A DNA stretch of 64,000 bases from Octopus sinensis (Eukaryota), in the NCBI RefSeq assembly GCF_006345805.1, contig NC_043013.1, forward strand, positions 1,302,001-1,366,000, read 5' to 3'. The position numbers were made by a program, and so were the translations under genes. Numbering within the stretch: the first letter of the stretch is position 1; every line of letters begins with the position of its first letter. Positions 12,964-22,992 of this stretch are shown in pieces. Below the pieces are notes generated by a model that did no database searches, was not told the origin of the DNA, and worked only from the letters and a program-made list of their open reading frames with translations.

Positions 12964-13011
12964 CTTCCGTCCCTTGGCCTGACGATGCAGCCCTTTACCA
13001 ACCTTATGAAA
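12964..13011 (+). CDS. MTX2: Metaxin-2 coding exon 2 (ASVPWPDDAALYQPYE)
   Basis: Polypyrimidine tract + CAG acceptor, GTTAGT donor, 48 nt. Matches the MTX2 motif AEPWPENATLYQ. Confidence 0.88.
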
Positions 13012-14446
13012 GTTAGTAAACAAATTTTCATTTCTCATTAACAAATGCAAAGAATAACAAATGCAAAGTCTTAATGAATTGGTTGTGGAATACTAATTTC
13101 TTTTGATTTTGTAGGACACCAAGAATGGGTTTGGCTGGAGCTGTTTTAAGTAATTACCAAACGTGGGTACTCTTAATTGGAAAATTAACTCAGTTAATTC
13201 TTTAAAAATGTAATGGAAGTTATTGATAAAACGTTAACGTTGGTTTTTATTATTATTAAAAAACCCAAAAAAACCCCCCAGTTTTTGCTCTAAAACCACC
13301 TTAAAACACTTTTAAAAAGGGCCAAAACTGTAAAATTTGTTAACTTCAACTGAATTGAAGTTAATGGAAGTTAACTCAGGTTGACATGAGTTAATCGAAG
13401 TTAATTGGAACGATAATGATTTCCAAAGTTAATTTAAAAGTCAAATCGTTAACGAAAATGTTAACTTCGTTAATTAACAATTAACAGATTAACCATTTTG
13501 TTACCAACCCTGCTGAAACCGTCCCTGGCTCTGTAGTACAAATGTTTTGTTTCCATAAGTTTTGAATCAAAATCTTCCACCAAACCTTAGTCACAATTTA
13601 TGTTCCTAACACTATCTTAATAATAACTAAGTTATTTTACCAAATTCTTTGTTATATTTAAAGTAATTGAAAGAAACACAGAGCATCTCAACAGAAATAC
13701 GGTAATGAAAGGGTTAATAGTTTGGTGCCCAGGTTTGGTAACAACAGTATATTTTTGGTAATTCACATACATACTTTTATGAACAATATAATCCCCTCTA
13801 CACAACAACATGACCTGCTAGACATAGCAGCCAAATCTCTCTACTTGAAAATACTTAGTCATTTCTACATTTTACTTATTATTTTAACTTTTTTCTTTCT
13901 TTAAATTTTTTGATATTTAGGAATTCTTCCTGTGTTTATGTTCTTAATTTTGGTGTTCTCTAGTTCTGTAACATTTCCGAACTGTGCACGTATCCCTGGC
14001 AGATCTGTGTAACTCTGCAAAATAAGATGGCTTAATGAAGATAATGAAACAATTCAGCTTATAAAAATATATTTAATATTTAAAGACAATGTTATTTAGT
14101 ATTGTTGTGGAATAATATTTAGATTATGACCCCGAGTATTTTAGGCGATTAATGTGATAGGTAACTGACTTTTAACCTCATCTTTGGATCTGAGACGTTA
14201 TCCAATATTTCCACTGACACAGCCAGCATGCAGCTGTGGCCTCATCACTAAAGACCCTATTGCTTGTAGTTTAGAAATAAGAACTCTTTTGTTTAAATCT
14301 AGTCCACTACTCTGCACACTTCCAGGAATAAGATGCCTGATGAGGATTGGCAGTTCAGAATTTAGTACAGATTGTAAATATTAGTGATTTATAGTCTGGG
14401 GAATTATGATCTTAAAAACAACTTTTTTGAGATATTTAGACAGTTG

Positions 14447-14655
14447 TTAGCCCTTTAGAATTCAGATTACTCTTGGAAATATATAATGGTTATTTATTCA
14501 CATTGTTTCGAATTGATCAGGCACAAAGTTACGGATTTTGATGATGTTGTTGGGTAGGTGTAAGAAGCCAGGTTAGGCTGGTTGGGACATAAAACAAGTG
14601 GAATATTTGGGCTGGATACGGTTGGTTGAAATTGGTTGAAATGCTAAAGGGTTAA
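14447..14655. mobile_element. piggyBac-type MITE (TTAA CCC...GGG TTAA)
   Basis: Terminal inverted repeats CCCTTTAGAATTC / GAAATGCTAAAGGG, flanked by TTAG and TTAA. Related ends at about 13715 and 29370. Confidence 0.6.
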
Positions 14656-14884
14656 TGTAACAACGGCTTTTGAGATGGAATGGTCAGTCTTGAAGCTAAT
14701 ATATATAGATATCCATCACATAATTTATTAAAGTAGGTTCTAAACATTTAAATATTGTTTTACAGATTGAACTGCTTGACTATCCTGCTGTTTCACAGTT
14801 CTATATGTAAGAGATGAGGAATTATGTACATTATTTGCATTATTTACATTTGATGGATATTTGTCCTCGTCTTGTTTGTTGTTA

Positions 14885-14926
14885 ACATGTTTCAGCTGAT
14901 ATATCCTCCAGCCTTCATCAGGTGTC
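14885..14926 (-). ncRNA. Degenerate hammerhead motif (left arm)
   Basis: Reverse complement reads GACAC CTGATGA A GGCTG gaggatatat CAGCT GAAAC AT; helix III and the cleavage region are mutated. Confidence 0.5.
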
Positions 14927-15177
14927 TTGGGGAAATTTCGAACTGGGGTTCTCATTCCTAAGGTATTTTTTGATGTTATTATTAGTGTTATTATTAAAGT
15001 CACTGCTTGGAATTGAACTTGGAATCTTGCGGTGAGTAGTCTGCGCTCTTAATCACTAATGCTTATGCCCACAGGCATATGGTGGTGTGGTTAAGAGTGT
15101 GGGCTTCTAACCCCAAGATTCCGAGTTCAATTCCAAGCAGTGACCTGAATAATCATAATAATAATGATAAAAAAAAA

Positions 15178-15555
15178 TATTTTCTAATTGATGTATCAAT
15201 ACCAGCAGATGACAACGTGTCTCTAAAAGAAATGGAGAAACTTTCAAAATACAAAGACCTGGAAATAGAGGTAACCAGAATGTGGAATCTAAAAGCAGAA
15301 ACAATTCCTATCATAATAGGTGCATTAGGTATGATAAAAAAATATTCAGACAAATACATAACAAAAACACCAGGACTTACAAACACATATAACATACAGA
15401 AAATTGCACTACTAGGCACTGCACACATCCTACGCAGAACACTTTCCATACAATAACCATCAGAGCATCACAACAAATCACAGCACATACCCAAGGCACA
15501 CAGAGCTGCGCTCGGTAGTGAAGTGAAAGCACACTATGAAAATAAAACTACTGAA
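15178..15555 (+). mobile_element. R4/Dong-clade LINE 3' fragment (restriction-like endonuclease) nested in an (AAT)n tract
   Basis: FLIDVSIP..KEMEKLSKYKDL..IPIIIGALG..LLGTAHILRR. 3' end matches 59760-59860. Confidence 0.9.
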
Positions 15556-15620
15556 TAATAATAATAATAACATTGAAAAATACCTTAGGAATGAGAACCC
15601 AGGTCTGAAATTTTCCCCAA

Positions 15621-15667
15621 GACACCTGATGAAGGGCGGGAGAGTATATCAGCCGAAACGTTGTGTT
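15621..15667 (+). ncRNA. Minimal (Penelope-type) hammerhead ribozyme motif
   Basis: GACAC-CTGATGA-a-g-GGCgg..cAGCC-GAAAC-GTT-GTGTT: helix I GACAC/GTGTT, intact core, palindromic helix III ACGT, predicted site GUU. Confidence 0.65.
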
Positions 15668-16140
15668 AACAACAAACAAGACGAGAACAAATATCCATCA
15701 AATGTAAATAATGTAAATACTGCTGTTTCACATTTCAAATAATTTTCTTTTGTTATGAAATAAATTTGTCATGTTAACATGACTAGCTGCACAAATATGG
15801 TCGGCTTATTATTTTCAATTTTAGTGTGTCTGTGTTACCTTCAGTAAATCTTGTGACAGGTTCCTAGTGACGAAATGTCCCGAAACTGACCACAGTGTTG
15901 TTTGTGTCATGGGATGTACAAAAAATACTTGAGACAATAATCCAAATTTTTTCTGTAGCAAAACTAAATATATTTAAAATATTTTGTATGTTTTTGCATC
16001 GTGAATTATTTCGTTCTCATGTTGTAAGATGTTTCAAATAATTTCATTTCATTGAAAACAATAATAAAAATGATGCTTTTGACTATATTTTTGTTTCTGA
16101 AATATCATTTCACTGGTGTTTTATTTTTGTTTTGTTTCAG

Positions 16141-16260
16141 AGGAGCAAATATTGCTGACTGATTCTGCTAACTGTCTGAGTGTGAAGACATTTCTAAAAA
16201 TGTGTGGGTTGAATTTTAACCTAGAACTGCGTGTCAATGCCGAGGAAATGTCTCCTTCAG
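16141..16260 (+). CDS. MTX2: Metaxin-2 coding exon 3 ([40 protein letters not shown])
   Basis: TTTCAG acceptor, GTAAGA donor, 120 nt. Contains the metaxin motifs EQILL and NAEEMSPSG. Confidence 0.95.
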
Positions 16261-16376
16261 GTAAGAAAGAGAAAGAGAAATTGTTAAGAGCATTCATTCT
16301 TCTTCGTAGTCTTTGTGTTTATTTGAAATGTTTGATTTTGGTATTTAGAATTGATTGAATTTTTTTTCTACTTCAG

Positions 16377-16453
16377 GTAAAATACCATTTATCAAAGTAG
16401 GACCATTCCTGATCTCTGAAATGGACCCAATTATTGCATTCGTTAACACCAAG
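16377..16453 (+). CDS. MTX2: Metaxin-2 coding exon 4 (GKIPFIKVGPFLISEMDPIIAFVNTK)
   Basis: CTTCAG acceptor, GTTTGT donor, 77 nt. GKIPFI metaxin/GST-N-like motif. Confidence 0.95.
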
Positions 16454-16539
16454 GTTTGTACATGACTAATTAGCTTTTGTTGCTTTTACTCAGCTTCCTT
16501 CTTTGTTTTGCTTTCTTTTTATTATCTAACCCCTAATTC

Positions 16540-17000
16540 ACCCTCATCACCAAAGGCATTCCAGTGTTGCATACCCAGCCAACTCAAAAGTACCCTTGGA
16601 TCGTAGGGCAACATGCTGTGCTTGAGGAGACCTATTGAGTCAAGTACATCAATATCAAATGGAAATCGTAGTTGTGGTCCCCATGCTGGAGGCATGTAAA
16701 AAGCACCATCCGAATGTGGTTGATGCCAGCTCCCTTGCCCTGACTGGCTTCTGTGCTGGTGGTATGTAAAAAGCATCATCTGAACATGGTCGATGCCAGC
16801 CCCCTCTGGCCCCTGTGCCAGTGGAACATAAAAAGCACCCACTACACTCTCGGAGTGGTTGGCATTAATTAGGAAGGGCATCCAGCTGTAGAAACATTGC
16901 AAGATCAGACTGGAGACTGGTGCAGCCTCCTGGCGTTCCAGACCCTAGTTGAACCGTCCAATCCATGCCAGCAGACGTTAAACAATGATGATGATGATGA
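16540..17000 (+). mobile_element. Retroposon, GGCACGTAAAA family (long copy), MTX2 intron 4
   Basis: Three modules, core and (GAT)n tail. 5' part shared with 21510-21910. Confidence 0.8.
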
Positions 17001-17454
17001 CTTAGGAGGGCGATAAGGTGGGAGAAGAGAGAGAGTAAGACATCACAAGGGCCAGTATAGGTGAAAAGATAGGGGGGGAAAGAGCATGATGGGGAAAAGC
17101 TGGGATATTTGGGGGTGGAGTGATAATTTTAGCAATAATAGAGATGAACAAAGGTAAGAGTGAGTGATGAAATAAAGCAAAGTGTAGATGTATGTGTGGC
17201 CATAGAGGTGACCTGGAGGAGTGAGAGTGCTGGCTGGGAGTACAGCAGGGTGAAGCTAGAGCGTGTTAGGTGGGGGGGGGGTGAGCGGCAGGGTCCAGTG
17301 CAGATGAATATGACATTTTTGAATGCTTTAATTAGCATTTCAGTCATGACCTGCTTACCTTCTTTTCAGGCAAATGGTTCTTTAAAAATTGACTTGGGCA
17401 GTTTATTGTATTACCTCATTAATGGACAATGTCTCATTTTTTGGAAATCCTCCT

Positions 17455-17815
17455 CATCATCGTTATTTAACATCTGCTTTCCATGCTGGCATGGGTTGGA
17501 CAGTTGAGGGCTGGCAAGCCAGAAGGCTGCACCAGGCTCCAGTCTGATCTGGCAGTGTTTCTACAGTTTAATGCCCTTCCTAACACCAGCCACTTTGAGA
17601 GTGTAGTGGGTGCTTTTTATGTGCCACCGGCATGGGAGTCAGTCAGGCAGTACTGGCATTGGCCATGTTCTATTGGTGCTTTTTATGTGCCACCGGCATG
17701 GGAGCCAGTCTGGCAGCACTGGCATCGACCATGAATAGTGCTTTTTATGTGCCACTGGCACGGAAGCCAGTCAGGTGGTACTGGCATCAACCACGCTCAA
17801 ATGGTGCTTTTTAAG
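17455..17815 (-). mobile_element. Retroposon, GGCACGTAAAA family, inverted copy, MTX2 intron 4
   Basis: Reverse-complement core with four modules. Confidence 0.8.
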
Positions 17816-17969
17816 TTTTATATAAATATTATGAAGTCTTTTGTGTTTCTTTTGTTACAGGATTCCTTGAGAGCAAATAAAATAAGCAATATAACGGGAG
17901 AAATATACTGAAAGAGTTCTTAGGAAATGAGAAACCGTAAATATTTCTAAGTAATATTTATAGTTGAAT

Positions 17970-18309
17970 AACGGCCTTTAACAAGTTAATGATTTCTTAT
18001 TTCGGCTGAAAGCAATTTTACAGAAAAAGAGAAATATCAGTTAATTGAAACAGTTTTAGTTTATTTCTGATTTCCTTTTTGTCAATAACAAATGACTGAC
18101 AAAATGGTTCGCTTCAGATTCATCATCATCATCATCATCATCGTTGATGATGATGATGAATTTGAAGCGAACCATTTTGTCAGTCATTTGTTATTGACAA
18201 AAAGGAAATCAGAAATAAACTAAAAGTGTTTCAATTAACTGATATTTCTCTTTTTCTGTAAAATTGCTTTCAGCCGAAATAAGAAATCATTAACTTGTTA
18301 AAGGCCGTT
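17970..18309. repeat. Near-perfect inverted repeat, about 152-bp arms around a (CAT)n/(GAT)n centre
   Basis: 17970-18121 versus 18158-18309 shows two mismatches by eye. 14-bp direct repeat TTCGCTTCAGATTC at 18108-18121 and 18309-18322. Confidence 0.95.
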
Positions 18310-18458
18310 TCGCTTCAGATTCTCGTTGCATTTATAACTTTGACAGATAAAACAGCAAACAATTTTCTCTCTTATTTCCCTCTTATTTCATCGCACTCAA
18401 GTTAAACTGCTGCTGTTGCTGTTTTTAATTTGTATCCTGTCTCTTTCTATTTTCACAG

Positions 18459-18551
18459 GGCTTCCACATCAGCAATCATTTATCCGACTCTCAACAATCT
18501 GAAATGAGGGCCTACATGGCCCTCGTGGAGAGCATTCTTATTAATGCTGAG
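18459..18551 (+). CDS. MTX2: Metaxin-2 coding exon 5 (GFHISNHLSDSQQSEMRAYMALVESILINAE)
   Basis: CACAG acceptor, GTCAGT donor, 93 nt. Matches the MTX2 segment QKAEMKAYMELV...AE. Confidence 0.95.
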
Positions 18552-19064
18552 GTCAGTCTTTTATTTTTACTTCAGTTCTCGTGTTAATCAATAATTTCTT
18601 ACTTGTTCATCATCATTTAACGTCTGTTTTTCCATGCTGGCATGGGCCGGACTCTTACCTCTTACTTAACATTCTAGCTTTCATCGTGCCAAAGTTGCCA
18701 AATGTTGTTGATGCATTCATATAAGAATGACTAAAATAGTGAGGAATATAACTGGACATGTGATGTTGGTGTGCATGAGCACCAGTGCTTTATAGGTGGT
18801 ACCAGCACTAGTGCTTTATAGGTGGTACCAGCACTAGTGCTTTATAGGTGGTACCAGCACCAGTGCTTTTTATGTGGCACAATCACCAGTGTTTTTGAAG
18901 GCTGATTCAATCAGTGTGTAGACTTGAGAATGATGTTGGTGTAGATGAGTGAAAAGGGGTGCAGTGGAGACCTTATTTTCATGTCTCAGCACAGTTTCTG
19001 AATTTAGTTTCTCTGCATTAAGTTGGTTTGTTATTTGGAATATAATTTTCTTTCTTTCTTTCAG

Positions 19065-19103
19065 TTGTATTTATCATGGTGCCATGAAGATGTATATTAT
19101 GAA
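19065..19103 (+). CDS. MTX2: Metaxin-2 coding exon 6 (LYLSWCHEDVYYE)
   Basis: Long pyrimidine tract + CAG, GTAAGT donor, 39 nt. Matches LYLQWCDE. Confidence 0.92.
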
Positions 19104-19492
19104 GTAAGTAAAACCTTTTAACAAAATTTGTTTTGGAATTTTAAATCCCCACATTGATTACACAAGAGTATAATTTATCAAAATTACACCGTTGACGATC
19201 TTTTTCTAAATGACTAAAAATGTCACTTTTTACAAAAGATCAGATTCAGTCGTTACAGCTTTATTTAAAATTATTGGGTTGTCTCCCCTTTCCCCCTCTC
19301 TTCTAGAATTAATCGTTTGGAGAAAGGTTTTGTTCCAATCCCAAAGAGTATGATTTTCATTAAGTTAAATAAGTCCTACATAATGGATGCTAGTACTCAC
19401 TTTACGAGTTATACATCCAGCTGAGCAAAGAATTCTGAATAATTAATTAAGTCATGATGATTTTATAAAATGTATTTTATTTTTCTGTTTAG

Positions 19493-19618
19493 ATTACTAA
19501 ACCTCGATATGGAGCCTGTTATCCTTGGCCCCTTAATATGATATTACCTTTGAAAAAGTTCACAGAGATTAAAAATCGGTTAAATAGTATCGGTTGGTTT
19601 AGCAAATCCTTTGATGAG
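19493..19618 (+). CDS. MTX2: Metaxin-2 coding exon 7 (ITKPRYGACYPWPLNMILP...SIGWFSKSFDE)
   Basis: TTTAG acceptor, GTAAGT donor, 126 nt. RYG..YPWPLN signature. Confidence 0.95.
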
Positions 19619-19861
19619 GTAAGTAGAACCGTTTTCACTTCTGCATTTCATTTTCCATTATTGGTTTGTCTGTTAGTTTTAAAGTTTCTCATTAAATGCC
19701 TGCAGAAATAATTAATGATAAATTTATGCATTAGTATGATTAATTTTTTTTTTTCATTAGTATCAGTTAAAAAAAATTATCCTTTTTTTTGTATTTTCTC
19801 TAATTCTATATTTAAAAATGGGAGATTGACAAATGTGCAATCATGTTTGTGTGTTCATTGC

Positions 19862-20316
19862 TTACAATGGATGGATATTTGTCCACATCTTTGTTGCTGC
19901 CACAATGTTTCAGCTGATGTACTCGCCAGCCTTCATCAGGTGTTCTAATAGAATTTCGAACCCAACCCTTTATTTGACTAATGGGGTACTCTGTTCTCAT
20001 TCCTAGGGTATTCTTTTCTTTCTTGCTCTTTTTTTTTGCTGATGTTATTCTTTTCTGTTGATATTATTTCCCAAGTCCCTGCCTGGGATTGAACTCAGAG
20101 TCTGAGGGTTAGTAACCTGTGCTCTTATCTGCTACACTATATGCCAGTAGCCTACAGACATGAGAACAGAGTACCCCATTAGTCAAATAAAGGGTTGGGT
20201 TCGAAATTCCACCAGAACACCTGATGAGGGCTGGAGAGTACATCAGCTGAAATGTTGTGATAACAACAAAGTGAGGACACCTATCCGTCTAATGTACATA
20301 ATTCCTCATTTTCTTA
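19862..20316. mobile_element. Second palindromic tRNA-head/hammerhead element (right arm internally deleted), MTX2 intron 7
   Basis: Hammerhead motifs at 19901-19944(-) and 20216-20260(+). tRNA-like head at about 20075-20145(-). The same short ORF appears on both strands in the track. Confidence 0.8.
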
Positions 20317-20534
20317 ATTTTCAAGGCAATATAATGAGAAAAACGGACAGAAGGTGAAATGAAGCCTTTCAAGTGAGGTGTGGGGGACATGCACTGTTGC
20401 AGCATGCTGTAGCATTCACCATTTGTCAGTGTATTCCTGGGTGCACCCAGGCGACCTGTTGAGCAAAGTCTCAGTCAGTCCCCATCTCCATAAGAAACCT
20501 TCTCATTTGCCATCAACATGTGGCTTGTGAGAAT

Positions 20535-21218
20535 CATCATCATCATTGTTTAATGTCTGCTTTCGGTGCTGGCATGGGTTGGACGGTTTGACTGAGGGCT
20601 GGCGAGCCAGAAAGCTGCACCTGTCTCCAATCTGATCTGGCAAAGTTTCTACAGTTGGATGCCCTTTCTAATGCCAACTACTCTGAGAGTGTAGTGGGTG
20701 CTTTTACGTGCCACTGTTATGAGGGCCATTCAGGCGGTACTGGCATCAGCCATGCTTAAATGGTGCTTTTTACGTGCCACTGGCACAGGCAACGATCATG
20801 CTTGAACGGTGCTTTTAACATTCCACTGCATCAAAATAAAACCTTTGCTATTTATCTATCATAGGCCCGTCTGACTGGCTCCTGTATCGGTGGCATGTAA
20901 AAAGTACCAACTGAACATGGCCGATGCCAGTACCCCCAGACTAGCTCCCATGCTGGTGACACGTAAAAAGCACCATCCAAACATGAACGTTGCCAGGCCT
21001 GCCTTACTGGCGCCTGTGCTGGTGGCATGTTAAAAGCACCCACTACACTCTTAGAATGGTTGGCGTTAGGTAGGGCATCCAGCTGTAGAAACTCTGCCAG
21101 ATCAGACTGGAGCCTGGTGCAGCCGCTGTCTCTCCAGCTCTCAGTCAAGCCGTCCAACCCATGCCAGCATGGAAAACGGATGTTGATCAATGATGATAAT
21201 GATGATGATGATGATGAA
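20535..21218. mobile_element. Head-to-head pair of GGCACGTAAAA-family retroposons (20535-20830 minus, 20860-21218 plus)
   Basis: (CAT)n tail at the left end, (GAT)n tail at the right end, shared core. Confidence 0.8.
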
Positions 21219-21509
21219 GAAAGTAAGGGTCTGGTGAGTAGAAACATGTAGCAGATGGTCTCTGTAAATCATGAAAGAGTCTTGGTGCCGGCAGCATTCT
21301 GGGATTAGAAAATAATTGTTTTGATGGATATTAATATTTCATGGAAAACATTTTATTTTGGTTAACTTAATTCTATTTGACTAGAGGCTACTGAGAAATT
21401 TCCAAATCTAAAAGGACAGATTAAAATCAGTTCCATAAAGACCAATTTCTTGTTGATAGCATATTACGGAGATAAGTTGTGACTGAAAAAACCCAGCAAA
21501 TAAAGTGAG

Positions 21510-21910
21510 ATCACAGCTGTAACCTACACCAGTGTTGCATAACCAGCCAACTCAAAAGTACCCTTGGATCGTAGGGCAACATGCTGTGCTTGAGGAGGCC
21601 TATTGAGTCAAGTACATCAACATCAAATGAAATCAAATCACAATCAAATGGAAATTGTAGTTGTGATTCTTGTGCTGGTGGCACGTAAAAAGCACCACCT
21701 GAATGTGGCTGATGCCAGTGCCACCTTGACTGGCTTCCGTGCAGTGGCACGTAAAAAGCACCCACTACACTCTCAGAGTGGTTGGCGTTAGGAACGATAT
21801 CCAGCTGTAGAAACATTGCAAGATCAGATTGGAGCCTGGTGCAGCCTCCCGGCTTCCCAGACCCCAGTCGAACCGTCCAACCCATGCCAGCATGGAAAAT
21901 GGACGTTTAA
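21510..21910 (+). mobile_element. Retroposon, GGCACGTAAAA family (long copy)
   Basis: Similar to 16540-17000. Confidence 0.8.
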
Positions 21911-22915
21911 CCTTGCTTAAAATATACAACAGTAGGATGGGGGAAATCAGTACTTCAATATTTTGTACCCCAAAGAGTACTGTAATATTTAACAAGTACT
22001 GAAAAGGAAGCAGAATTTTAAACACATCAGAAGCCAAGAAACCCAGTGGATTTTATGGATGACTTTTTAAAAGTAGTTGATAGTTTCTGCAACTGATATA
22101 ATTAGTGCTGTAGGTGGTTGTAATGAAAGTCGAGTGGTTCGGGTGGAAGAAGTGCAAAGACCTGTTGTGGTCATTTACAATGAAGACTGTTTTCTCTGTG
22201 CAAAGGACAGAGTATGAGACATTGGTAAGAAATTAGTGTCTTTGAAACAATGCATTTTATTTCTGCAAGCTCTATGTTGTACCTCATTAAAACTTGTTTT
22301 TATTTTAGAGTCCTCCACACACCGTTTTTACATCTGCTTTTCCATACTGCCATGAGTTGGATCGGCCGTTACAGTTTGCGTCAGTTCCTATTCAGAGTTA
22401 CTGCCCTTTGCAGTTGGACAGCCAGTGATGCAGCTCGGAGAGCCTACATCTCTTTTGTCTGTTCTATTTTTGGCATGGTTACTACACCTGAATGTCCTTC
22501 CTACCACAACCAACCAAGTTACAGAGTGCTCTGAGGGCATTTGATCCTTCCACTGGCACTAGAGTGGTTGTCTAGTTGTCATCAGATTGAAAACTCTACT
22601 CTGTATCATTTATTTGGATATAATGCCCTCCTTGCCTGGGGAATGTCTTGTGGAGTTCACAATAAGACTAATACCAGAGTAAATGAAGACTTGTGGAATT
22701 ATATTTGCTAATATTCTCTGTCTAATAGCTGTATTTGAGAGAAAATAATCTTGAAATACTTAATGATGTGTTTGTGTTCATTGTAATTCTAACTATGGTC
22801 TTGGTTGGAATCTGGAATAAAATCAGATTTACGATATATAGTGTTTTATGTATCACAAAATAAATATTTCATATTTTATTTAATAAAATATATTTATCAC
22901 ATTTTTTTATTGCAG

Positions 22916-22992
22916 GTGTGTGAACAGATAAAGACCTGTTGTCAGGTTTTGTCTGAAAGACTTGGAAATCAAACGTACTTTTTTGGAGACAA
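22916..22992 (+). CDS. MTX2: Metaxin-2 coding exon 8 (VCEQIKTCCQVLSERLGNQTYFFGD)
   Basis: TGCAG acceptor, GTAAAT donor, 77 nt. Matches CCQALSQRLGTQPYFF. Confidence 0.95.

Larger units (their letters stand above)
14795..15719. mobile_element. Palindromic element: head-to-head tRNA-like heads, each followed by an (AAT)n spacer and a hammerhead motif
   Basis: 14795-15069 is the diverged reverse complement of 15074-15719 once the insert at 15178-15555 is removed. Centre TATGCC-caca-GGCATA at 15064-15079. Confidence 0.8.

Noticed and set aside
14336-14372. CTGATGAG hammerhead-core match
   Set aside because: No helix II followed by GAAA, and no helix I partner.
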